From assembly GCA_965223865.1 (NCBI GenBank), contig OZ245020.1, positions 1 to 64,000 of the forward strand: DNA of 64,000 bases. The letters are read 5' to 3'. Both the position numbers and the translations under genes were made by a program. The stretch comes from Nitrosarchaeum sp. GTDB taxonomy: Archaea > Thermoproteota > Nitrososphaeria > Nitrososphaerales > Nitrosopumilaceae. The notes beneath the pieces were generated by a model, which saw nothing but the letters and a program-made list of their open reading frames with translations, was not told where the DNA came from and made no database searches. Within the stretch, counting starts at the first letter, position 1; each line of letters begins with the position of its first letter. This document shows, piece by piece, positions 19,724 through 28,645 of the stretch.

Positions 19724-20517
19724 TCCACAATCACATTAATTTTTCCTGGCCTATATCCTTCTTCATCGATTTCAACAGTAGAAAATCCAATAAGATGTAA
19801 TTTGTTTGAAATTTCTTCAATGATTTCTTTATTAAAAATAGGAATATTGGTTTTCTCTACTTCAATTTTGGCAGAACCATTAAGATCTCGTACACGAACT
19901 TGTTTAATTTTTGTAATTTGCTTTACAATGGTTTCACCATATTCTATACGAGCCAATTTCTCAGCAGTAACTTGTTGACCCCAAGGAATGCGAGATGCCA
20001 AACAAGAATTTGAAGGTTTATCAAATACAGACAAACCTACTGTTTTGGCAGTTTCTCGAATTTCTTTTTTTGTAAAACCAGTTTCAATCAAAGGATTTCT
20101 TATTCCAATTTTTTTCAAAGCCTTAATTCCTGGCCTATATTCACCCAAATCATCAAGATTTGTACCATCAACAATAATTTTCACTTGATTTTCATGGGCC
20201 AAATTTAGTAAATGTGAGCCTAATTCCATTCTACAGTAAAAACAACGATTAGAATCATTTCTTGTAAATTGACTGTTTTCTAATTCATTATAATCCAATA
20301 GAATTTGCTTTATTCCAATTTCTGAACAAATTTGTTTTGCAGAATCAAGTTCTTCTTTTGATAATGTTTTATAATCAGCCGTTACAGCTAAAGCAGAATC
20401 TCCCAATTTTTGAAATGCAGCATATGCCACCAATGCGCTATCTACACCTCCAGATAGGGCAACGATAACCTTTTTCTTATTATCAAACCAATTAATTAGA
20501 TCTTCAAGTTTTGACAT
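19720..20517 (-). CDS. larE: LarE ATP-dependent sulfur insertase (NPN cofactor biosynthesis), probable [4Fe-4S] type
   Basis: PP-loop SGGVDS, RCFYC, DGTNLDD..YRPG, KPSNSCLASR, QVRVR. Confidence 0.92.
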   Translation of the reverse strand: MSKLEDLINWFDNKKKVIVALSGGVDSALVAYAAFQKLGDSALAVTADYKTLSKEELDSAKQICSEIGIKQILLDYNELENSQFTRNDSNRCFYCRMELGSHLLNLAHENQVKIIVDGTNLDDLGEYRPGIKALKKIGIRNPLIETGFTKKEIRETAKTVGLSVFDKPSNSCLASRIPWGQQVTAEKLARIEYGETIVKQITKIKQVRVRDLNGSAKIEVEKTNIPIFNKEIIEEISNKLHLIGFSTVEIDEEGYRPGKINVIVD

Positions 20518-20519
20518 TT

Positions 20520-21743
20520 TTATTCATCGATTTTTTCAATTTCTTTTCTGATTAATGATTCTATTTTTTTAATGGGTTTGTTTAAAATTTCAGATATGCG
20601 TTTTAAATCGTCAAATTCTATCTTAAAATCAGATCTTCCCATATATGAAGAAACTTTGTAATTTATTGAAAACATTTTTCCATCAACCATAATTTTAATT
20701 GTTTTAATTTTTCTTGGAACAATAAAGCGTTCAGAGGTTGAAACACGAATTCCAAGTGTCCCAATTTCAGAAATTAAAAGTTCCATAATTTCATACATTA
20801 TTTTATTATCACAAATTACAGAAACAAGATTCGTGGGTCTACCCTTTTTTGTTATTCCATGATAAATTGAAACATCTTTTGCCCCTTTCTTCATAATTTT
20901 TTCAATTAAATTTCCAAGAAGTTCTCCAGAAACATCATCTACATTTGTCTCTAAAACTTTAACAATATCCATCTCAAGATTATTTTTTAGAGTTCCACGA
21001 ACAATTTTCAAAACATTTGAAAAAGACTCAAAATTTTTTTTCCCAGCACCATATCCAATAGAATTTATTTCCATCAAAGGATAAAATTCTGAAGAAGAAT
21101 TTGAAAGATTCATCAAAATACTGGCTCCAGTAGGAGTTGTTAACTCATCTTTTTCTTGATTGCCTTGAATTATCAATCCAGAACCTTTAAGAATTTCAAG
21201 TATTGCACTTGCAGGATTTGACATGGTGCCATGAGAAAAAGTTACTGAACCGCTACCTACTCCAATTGGCATACATATTATTTGTTCTTTAAATAATCCT
21301 AAATCTTCTATTGCAATGGTAGTTCCAATTATATCGATTAAGGTGTCAATGCTTGAAGCTTCATGAAAGTGAACAGAGTCAATAGAAACACCATGAATTT
21401 TTGATTCAGAGTTTATCAAAGTATCAATACATGATTTAGCAAAATTTTTTCCTTTCTCAGATAATTCAAGTTCGTTTGTAGACTTGATAATAGCATTTTT
21501 TATTTGACTGCCTTTTCTTTCCTGAATACTTTCATGAATATCAAGAATTAGTTCTGTAGATTCTATTCCATTTTTTTTAAGTTTTTTAAATTCAATTTTG
21601 GAAATAGTTGAATCTGGGAGAAATTTTTCTGCATGCTTTATACCATCGATAATCTTTTTTTTATTTGCACCAAGATCTACCAAAGAACATAAAAGCATAT
21701 CACCAGAAATTCCAGCTATTTGTGGATCTATTACGATAACCAT
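20520..21743 (-). CDS. larC: LarC nickel insertase (full-length C1+C2)
   Basis: AGISGDM, VHFHE, ELTTPTGA, GYGAG, LETNVDD, KKGRP, EFDD. Confidence 0.93.
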   Translation of the reverse strand: MVIVIDPQIAGISGDMLLCSLVDLGANKKKIIDGIKHAEKFLPDSTISKIEFKKLKKNGIESTELILDIHESIQERKGSQIKNAIIKSTNELELSEKGKNFAKSCIDTLINSESKIHGVSIDSVHFHEASSIDTLIDIIGTTIAIEDLGLFKEQIICMPIGVGSGSVTFSHGTMSNPASAILEILKGSGLIIQGNQEKDELTTPTGASILMNLSNSSSEFYPLMEINSIGYGAGKKNFESFSNVLKIVRGTLKNNLEMDIVKVLETNVDDVSGELLGNLIEKIMKKGAKDVSIYHGITKKGRPTNLVSVICDNKIMYEIMELLISEIGTLGIRVSTSERFIVPRKIKTIKIMVDGKMFSINYKVSSYMGRSDFKIEFDDLKRISEILNKPIKKIESLIRKEIEKIDE

Positions 21744-21835
21744 GATTGGAAAATCATCAAAAATGCATATAAATTCTGTCTAAAAAAATATCTAATATCA
21801 TTAGATTTAATTATTCAAAATTCGGACCGATTCAC

Positions 21836-22750
21836 ATGATTACAATAATAGGTTCAGGAAAAGTAGGTGGAGATGCAGCACTATTTTCTGCATTAAAGAG
21901 GTTAGATGATCAAATTTTGTTGCTAGATGTAGCAGAAGGACTTCCACAGGGAGAAGCAATGGATATCAATCACATGCTATCTGAGCAAGGAATTGATGTT
22001 GAAGTAAAAGGTTCAAATGATTTTGCAGATATGAAAAATTCCAATATTGTGGTAGTGGTTGCAGGTTCTGGAAGAAAGCCAGGAATGACAAGAATGGATC
22101 TTTTGAAAATCAATGCAACAATTGTTAAAAGTGTGGTTGAAAATATTAAAAAATATGCTAATGACTCAATGATAATCCCAGTAACTAATCCTCTTGATCC
22201 CATGGCATACATCACCTACAAAGTTTCAGGTTTTGATAAAAGTAGAATTTTTGGAATGGGTGGAATGCTTGACTTGTCGAGATTTAGACAATTTATTCAT
22301 GAATCAACTGGACATTCACGTGATTCCATAAGAGCTCTTGTAATAGGAGAACATGGAGAAAATATGTTACCTTTGCCAAGATTTTCTTCAGTCTCTGGAA
22401 TTCCATTGTCTTCATTTCTACCAAAAGAGAAATTAGATGAACTGGTTCAGAACACCAAACAAGTAGCCGCAAAAGTTATTGAACTAAAAGGAGCTACAGT
22501 ACACGCCCCCGGAAATGCAATTTCAGCAATAATTGAATCAGTCGTAAGAGACAGAAAACAAGTAATTCCAGTTGCAACTTACCTTGATGGGGAATATGGT
22601 CATTCTGATGTAACTTTAGGGGTTCCTGCAGTAATTGGAAAAAATGGAGTAGAAAAAATTATAGAACTTGATCTTAATGAGGAAGAACAAAAAAGATTTG
22701 ACGCAGGAGTACAAAGTGTAAAAAATGCAATCTCGAATATAGAGATCTAA
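21836..22750 (+). CDS. mdh: malate dehydrogenase (LDH-like)
   Basis: [16 protein letters not shown] (Arg specificity residue), TNPLD, GEHG. Confidence 0.93.
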   Translation: MITIIGSGKVGGDAALFSALKRLDDQILLLDVAEGLPQGEAMDINHMLSEQGIDVEVKGSNDFADMKNSNIVVVVAGSGRKPGMTRMDLLKINATIVKSVVENIKKYANDSMIIPVTNPLDPMAYITYKVSGFDKSRIFGMGGMLDLSRFRQFIHESTGHSRDSIRALVIGEHGENMLPLPRFSSVSGIPLSSFLPKEKLDELVQNTKQVAAKVIELKGATVHAPGNAISAIIESVVRDRKQVIPVATYLDGEYGHSDVTLGVPAVIGKNGVEKIIELDLNEEEQKRFDAGVQSVKNAISNIEI

Positions 22751-22783
22751 GCATTTTTTTATTCATTCATTATTCACATTTTA

Positions 22784-23563
22784 ATGGACATATACGAAAT
22801 TCTAAAATCGCTAGAACTTGGGAAGATTTCAGCCAAAAATGCAAAAAAATTATTGTCATTATATTCAATTGAAGAAATAGATAATATTGCAAAAATAGAC
22901 ATCAACAGACAAAAGAGAAGAGGGATTCCAGAAGTAATTTTTGCGGAAAATAAAGAATTAGACGAAATCACAAATATTATCAAAAAAACAATCGAAAAAA
23001 CAAATGCTGTTGTTATATCAAGAATAAATAAAAAAGATTATCGGAAAATATTATCATTTATTAAAAGATCAAAAATAAAAATCAAGACTGGAAAAAAATC
23101 ATCAACGATATTAGTGTTTAAAAAACCAATAAAATTTCAGGGTGGTAAAGTAGGAATTCTAACAGCTGGTACATCAGATATAGGCATAGCTGAAGAAGCA
23201 CGTTTGATGTGCGAGGCAATGAACTGTAAATGCATTGTCAGTTATGATGTAGGAGTTGCAGGAATTCAAAGAATTTTTCCCGTTTTAAAAGAAATGATTG
23301 AGCAAGAAGTAGACTGTGTAATTGTTGTTGCAGGAATGGAAGCAGCATTAGCCACATTAGTAGCATCTTTGATAGACATTCCAGTAATAGGGCTTCCTAC
23401 ATCAGTAGGATATGGTTATGGAGAGAAAGGAATTGGGGCACTTGCATCAATGTTGCAAAGTTGTGCTTTAGGATTATCAGTAGTTAACATCGATAATGGA
23501 ATAGGGGCCGGAGCAATGGCTGGAAATATAGCAAATAGATCCATACAAAAAACCAAATCATAA
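22784..23563 (+). CDS. larB: LarB pyridinium biscarboxylase/hydrolase (NPN biosynthesis)
   Basis: G.PEVIF, TAGTSD..EE, DVGVAG, PTSVGYG, MLQSCA.G..VVNIDNG.GA. Confidence 0.93.
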   Translation: MDIYEILKSLELGKISAKNAKKLLSLYSIEEIDNIAKIDINRQKRRGIPEVIFAENKELDEITNIIKKTIEKTNAVVISRINKKDYRKILSFIKRSKIKIKTGKKSSTILVFKKPIKFQGGKVGILTAGTSDIGIAEEARLMCEAMNCKCIVSYDVGVAGIQRIFPVLKEMIEQEVDCVIVVAGMEAALATLVASLIDIPVIGLPTSVGYGYGEKGIGALASMLQSCALGLSVVNIDNGIGAGAMAGNIANRSIQKTKS

Positions 23564-23658
23564 TTAACTAGATTTTTTATTTTGAGAATATTTATCGTAA
23601 AACTTTCCGTATTATCTCGTAAATCATATATAGCATACCAGAAGGAAGCTAGATAATA

Positions 23659-25236
23659 TTGTCTGGTAAACGTATTGTTTTAACAGCGGATCGTAGTTTG
23701 ATGACTAATTACAGAGGAAACTTTCTCTATGGGTTTATTGCATGTGGGCCATATGAAGTCCTTCCAGAGTGGGTTTTTGACAAAGTTTTCTGTCCTGCGG
23801 TTGAAACTGATCCAAATACGGGAGAATCCAAAGTCGCACAAGTCGGATTAAGAAGAGTAGAGAGTGCTTTACTTCAAGGATATAACAGGGATGAAGTATT
23901 TGTTGCAAATCCAGAGATGTTAGAAAAATCAATTGGTCCAGATACCAAAGTAGTTGGAATTAATGTAATGGATCCTTTAGGTATGGCTCCAGTTACAACA
24001 ACCATGTCGCCAGAAAAATTATCATACGTTGCTATGAAATTCAAAAAAATGTGTGCCAGTATTATTCAGCTCAAAAAGAAATATGATTTTCATGTAGTAG
24101 TTGGAGGCAATGGTGCTTGGGAACTTGCAAAATCAGATAGAATGAAAATTCATGGTATTGACACTGTTGTTGTAGGGGAAGCAGATGAATTAGCATTAGA
24201 TTTATTCCAAGATTTGGAAAAAGGTGATGCTCCAGATTTAATGCATTGTTTTGTAAAAAATATTCAAAATATTCCAATTATTGAGGGTCCAACTATTAAC
24301 TCCTTAATTGAAGCTATGAGAGGATGTGGACGAGGTTGTGACTTTTGTGATGTTAATAAAAGATCAAAGAAGGATTTGCCTCTAGAGAGATTGCAACATG
24401 AAGCAAAAATTAACTTAGATTATGGATTTGATTCCGTATGGTTACATTCAGATGAAATGCTTCTTTATGGTTGTGATAATAGAGATTTTATTCCAAACAG
24501 AGATGCAATTACAGAGCTTTGGAAAGGTTTGAAAGGATTAGGAGCCAATTTTATTGGAACAACACATATGACATTTTCTGCTGTTGCAGCTGATCCTGAT
24601 TTGATGCAGCAAATTTCAAAAATTAACAGACAAGATGAAACTGGGAGATGGTTAGCAACCAACTTAGGAATTGAAACAGTTGCCCCAAAGATGGTAAAGA
24701 AACATCTAGGGGTTAAAACAAGACCATTTGCACCTGAAGAGTGGGGAAGTGTAGTAAGAGAAGGTGCAAAAATTCTAAATGAAAATCATTGGTTCCCAGC
24801 TGCAACAATCATTATCGGATGGCCAGATGAAACCCCAGATGATATTCAATATACGATTGATATGATGAGTGACTTTAGACAGATGGACTTTAGAGGATTA
24901 GTAGCACCACTACTTTATCAAGACTTTAGTGAAAAGAACTCAATGCATTTTGGAAACTTGAACGAAGCTCAGTTTACATTGTTTTGGAAATGTTGGGAAA
25001 ATAATCTTCGTGTAATTAATGACATCATTCCAATAATTCTTAGAAACAAAACATATGGTCCACCAATGAAAGTTTTCATGTATGGAATACTTAAGGCTGG
25101 AACGTGGGCAATAATGAGATACCTGCGTGGATTGTGCAAAGATCTTTTCAATGGAAGGACCCCAGATGAGATTATTGACAAATATGCAAGAAGCAGATCA
25201 GTATCTGCTCCTAAAATTCAAACAAAGAAATTATAG
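23659..25236 (+). CDS. B12-binding radical SAM protein, GDGT ring synthase (Grs)-like
   Basis: RGCGRGCDFC radical SAM motif; B12-binding-type VVGGNGAW/GEA; N-terminus IVLTADR..Y.G..G..AC.P and LRRVES resemble Sulfolobus GrsA as recalled. Confidence 0.75.
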   Translation: MSGKRIVLTADRSLMTNYRGNFLYGFIACGPYEVLPEWVFDKVFCPAVETDPNTGESKVAQVGLRRVESALLQGYNRDEVFVANPEMLEKSIGPDTKVVGINVMDPLGMAPVTTTMSPEKLSYVAMKFKKMCASIIQLKKKYDFHVVVGGNGAWELAKSDRMKIHGIDTVVVGEADELALDLFQDLEKGDAPDLMHCFVKNIQNIPIIEGPTINSLIEAMRGCGRGCDFCDVNKRSKKDLPLERLQHEAKINLDYGFDSVWLHSDEMLLYGCDNRDFIPNRDAITELWKGLKGLGANFIGTTHMTFSAVAADPDLMQQISKINRQDETGRWLATNLGIETVAPKMVKKHLGVKTRPFAPEEWGSVVREGAKILNENHWFPAATIIIGWPDETPDDIQYTIDMMSDFRQMDFRGLVAPLLYQDFSEKNSMHFGNLNEAQFTLFWKCWENNLRVINDIIPIILRNKTYGPPMKVFMYGILKAGTWAIMRYLRGLCKDLFNGRTPDEIIDKYARSRSVSAPKIQTKKL

Positions 25237-25449
25237 ATTCAACAATTTACAAAATAATCGACTAAGATCATCTATCCTTTAAGACAAGATTTCAGATATT
25301 GGTAAAATCAAACCACTGCCTAGAGAGTTTAATCTCAATGCAGATAGGAAGAGATTTTGGTTGAGAAGAATTGAGAATATGGATGATGTAAAGATGAATG
25401 AATCTATGCCTTTGTCGTTGAAATATTTTGAAAAAAATAATATGTAGAA

Positions 25450-25836
25450 TTATTTTTGTATCTCATTAAGAAATTTATCAGCTATATTCAAAACTACCTT
25501 GGTGGTAGCACGAAGTTCTAAAGCATGAATGGGTAATCCATTGATATTAATCATATTTCCAGAATTAAGAAATGAATCGATATCTTCTTCAATTTCCCAG
25601 TCTTGATGAGCTGAACCGTTTTGATTAGACCATTTTTTTATTACTTCTTTTTTTGTCATATCTGTTAATTCTCCTGATTGAGTTCGTCCCATGTATGCTC
25701 TTAGATCTAAAAATTCTCTTAAAGATAACTTGTCACCTAGATAGTAAAATTCTTTTAATTTTTGTATTTCTTCTTTTAGAATTTGTAGAAGTTCTTCATC
25801 TGTTCTTGGGATTCTATTTTGTTCTTTCTTTTTCAA
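25450..25836 (-). CDS. hypothetical protein
   Basis: 128-aa ORF, TTG start, no recognised motif. Confidence 0.45.
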   Translation of the reverse strand: MKKKEQNRIPRTDEELLQILKEEIQKLKEFYYLGDKLSLREFLDLRAYMGRTQSGELTDMTKKEVIKKWSNQNGSAHQDWEIEEDIDSFLNSGNMININGLPIHALELRATTKVVLNIADKFLNEIQK

Positions 25837-25919
25837 TAGTTGAAGTTATAGAAAATTTTTGATAAACATTATGACCTAGTATAGCACTTTTTTACGCATG
25901 AAAAGGGGGGATTCTATTT

Positions 25920-26246
25920 TTATAGATTTTCTATAGCCTTATCGGCAATTGTATTTCGCTTTGGCGTTAATGATATAAAGTAGTTTTTATCTGCTCTCTC
26001 AATACCTTCTACTTTTTTGAATGACTTTGATGCTACGTCGAATTCATAAATTCCTGGTTCAAGGGTTCCTTTGGCATAAATCATAAGATATGTATCTCCA
26101 GTAGAAGGACTCAAAGGGATAAATGCCATCACATATCCTTTATAGGAATTAATTGGCATAGTATTTTTCATAGGAGGTGCTGCCGAAGCCATATATAGAA
26201 AAATATCCTCTATTGTATCAAATTCTTCATATTCAATGTTCATCAA
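25920..26246 (-). CDS. conserved hypothetical protein
   Basis: 108-aa ORF with normal composition. Confidence 0.7.
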   Translation of the reverse strand: MMNIEYEEFDTIEDIFLYMASAAPPMKNTMPINSYKGYVMAFIPLSPSTGDTYLMIYAKGTLEPGIYEFDVASKSFKKVEGIERADKNYFISLTPKRNTIADKAIENL

Positions 26247-26385
26247 AAATAGTGATTTGTTTCAGTATAATAACTTAGAGTAATTTTTTGATAATATCTT
26301 TAGGTTGTTGGTGTCAAAAACAATTCCATCTTGAAATTATTTTATCATCAAGTAGGAAAAAGATTTTAGGATAAATTAGAATTCA

Positions 26386-27372
26386 TTAATTTTTAGTTTT
26401 GAAGTGTCTATGAACTTTGAAACCAATTAAGGCTGGAGCTGCAATGTACATTCCCAAATTCAAGGCAATAACTGAAATTCCCAATCCTAATACTTCGGCT
26501 TCTGAACCTTCTTCAGCCAATGTCATAATAGAGAGAGAAGATATCATTGGAGTGATAAAGGCTCTAACTGCTTCTTGGAAGATAGGATTTTCTCTTTCCA
26601 TGTCAGCAATTGTTGGTGAGAATGAATAATACAATTGGTTAAAGCCAGTCATAAATGAGGTTCCTGATGCAGTACTCATTACAGTATTGTCTCTAATTTC
26701 TCTGAGGAATTGTACTTGTGGAGCCAATTCTGTACCATAAGCTGCAGTTGCAATAAGACATCCACCACCATTGTCTGTTGGTTCTTCATCTTGAATGACT
26801 TGACACATTCCGTCAATTAGTTCTGTTCCAGGACCACAAACAGGTTCTGGTTCGGGCTCAGGTTCTGGTTCGGGCTCAGGTTCTGGTTCGGGCTCAGGTT
26901 CTGGTTCGGGCTCAGGTTCTGGTTCGGGCTCAGGTTCTGATTCTGGTTGAGGAGGAGGAGGTGCTTCAAAGGTTCCACCCGTATAAACAATTTCAGCGTC
27001 ACCACTTTGAGCGCCAAAATGGAATTCAATAATATAATCACCGCCAATTTTCCAAAGAGGTCCACCTGCCACAAATGAATGAGAAAATGATCCGTTAGAT
27101 GTTGGAGTAAGTTGACCGATAGTAACTAAATTCCCATCAGGAGCTTTAATTACAAAAGTAAGGGCTTTTCCAGAATCTACATCAGAATCATAATCTCTAA
27201 TACTACCATCAATTACAACTCTATCTCCATTTTCATAGCTAGCAAATTCAGTGGATGCTGAAATTGGAGGGATGTTATGCGAATCAGCAAGTGCTAAACC
27301 GCTAAATCCATAAGAAAGAATTGAAATTGATAATAAAGATAACGCAAGGAAACCCGTAAGCCTCATTTTCAT
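26386..27372 (-). CDS. CFI-box-CTERM domain surface protein with (PE)n linker
   Basis: Signal peptide, Ig-like domain, PE repeats, CGPGT...[28 protein letters not shown] domain, C-terminal TM. Confidence 0.88.
   Translation of the reverse strand: MKMRLTGFLALSLLSISILSYGFSGLALADSHNIPPISASTEFASYENGDRVVIDGSIRDYDSDVDSGKALTFVIKAPDGNLVTIGQLTPTSNGSFSHSFVAGGPLWKIGGDYIIEFHFGAQSGDAEIVYTGGTFEAPPPPQPESEPEPEPEPEPEPEPEPEPEPEPEPEPEPEPEPVCGPGTELIDGMCQVIQDEEPTDNGGGCLIATAAYGTELAPQVQFLREIRDNTVMSTASGTSFMTGFNQLYYSFSPTIADMERENPIFQEAVRAFITPMISSLSIMTLAEEGSEAEVLGLGISVIALNLGMYIAAPALIGFKVHRHFKTKN
26841..26939. repeat. perfect 18-bp tandem repeat (caggttctggttcgggct) x5.5 encoding (PE)n
   Basis: Read directly from the sequence. 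Confidence 0.95.
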
Positions 27373-27682
27373 TTTGAATCATGCATGAGAGTATTTATGT
27401 ATTCAATGAAAGAAAAATTGACCTGATTATACTTGAAATTAACTAACATGGATTGTACTAATTGCATGATTGAATTACAAAAAAAGAGCATATAACCACC
27501 ACGAAGGATTTGTTCATGTAAATCAGACGCTTTTCATAAAAAATATTTTTAAAAATGCCTGTATTGAATTTATTAGATGTCAACAAATTAAATTCCTTTT
27601 TGGTCTCAAATTCTATTCAAATCTAGCCTAGAATGATTTGACCTGTATTGAAGAAATAGTTCTTTATTGAATTAGACCACTT

Positions 27683-28486
27683 TCATGTAAAGAATTTAGA
27701 TAGTATTTCACAAACTCTATCAGGTTTTTCTGCAAAAGGAGCGTGTCCTGCATCTGGAATTATTTCAACATGCGAATTTGCCATAAATTCTTTGAATCTT
27801 GCAGAATGCTCTAGAGGAATTACCTTGTCTTTAATTCCCCAAATTATTAGAGTGGGTATTGTATCAATTTGTTTTAGTCTTTCTGGATTTATTTGAGTAT
27901 TGGTACTATTTTCAAGAGTTGACTTGAATGAATTTTTTGCATTTGGCAGATTAATTCGTACAATAAAATCATCAATTAATTTTGAGGTAATTCTTGTTGG
28001 ATTAGCAACCATCTGTTGAAAAACTTTTCTTACTCTATCCTTTGTTGGGCTCATTGCTGCTTGAAGATATTCTTCTAATAAAGGAGTTGGATTTTCCAAC
28101 AAACCTGATGAATCTATTAGAACCAATTTTTCTATAAGATCTTTCTTTTTCATTGCTACTTCGGCTGCAATAAAACCTCCCAAAGAATGACCTACAATGC
28201 TTATTTTATCATCATTGATTCCAATCTTGTTTATGAAATCAATAATAATATCTCTAAAATTTTCAATCGTATAATCCATTGTTCTAGGTTTATCACTTTT
28301 ACCAAAGCCGGGCAAATCAAGTGTTATTATATGCAAATTTTCTGATAAAGCATCAGGAATGTCAAGCCATCTATCTGCTGAAGATCCAAGTCCATGAATA
28401 AATAAAATATGTCGAGTATTTTCCTGTCCATATTCATTGTATCTTATTTTCAATCCATTCAATATTGTCCATTGTTTTTGCAGCAT
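27683..28486 (-). CDS. alpha/beta fold hydrolase
   Basis: HGLG oxyanion motif, DLPGFGKS, GHSLGG nucleophile elbow, DAGH. Confidence 0.92.
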   Translation of the reverse strand: MLQKQWTILNGLKIRYNEYGQENTRHILFIHGLGSSADRWLDIPDALSENLHIITLDLPGFGKSDKPRTMDYTIENFRDIIIDFINKIGINDDKISIVGHSLGGFIAAEVAMKKKDLIEKLVLIDSSGLLENPTPLLEEYLQAAMSPTKDRVRKVFQQMVANPTRITSKLIDDFIVRINLPNAKNSFKSTLENSTNTQINPERLKQIDTIPTLIIWGIKDKVIPLEHSARFKEFMANSHVEIIPDAGHAPFAEKPDRVCEILSKFFT

Positions 28487-28645
28487 CTATTTTATTTGAT
28501 TTTAGTTTTTATCTATAATGATCATTTACTATATTATCTAGTTGGATAATTAAATTGTCGGTAACAATCAACTTCTCTCCAAAATTTTTCTTCATCTAAT
28601 TGTTCTAACCAATTTCTATTTGTATATGTTAAAAAATTGTGTTGA

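Noticed and set aside
26817-27074. ORF with (NQNLSP)n repeats
   Set aside because: Alternative frame of the (PE)n tandem repeat inside the CFI-box-CTERM gene.
27373-27682. Short repeated cctgtattgaa motif in an intergenic region
   Set aside because: Only two 11-bp copies in AT-rich DNA; insufficient support for a binding site.
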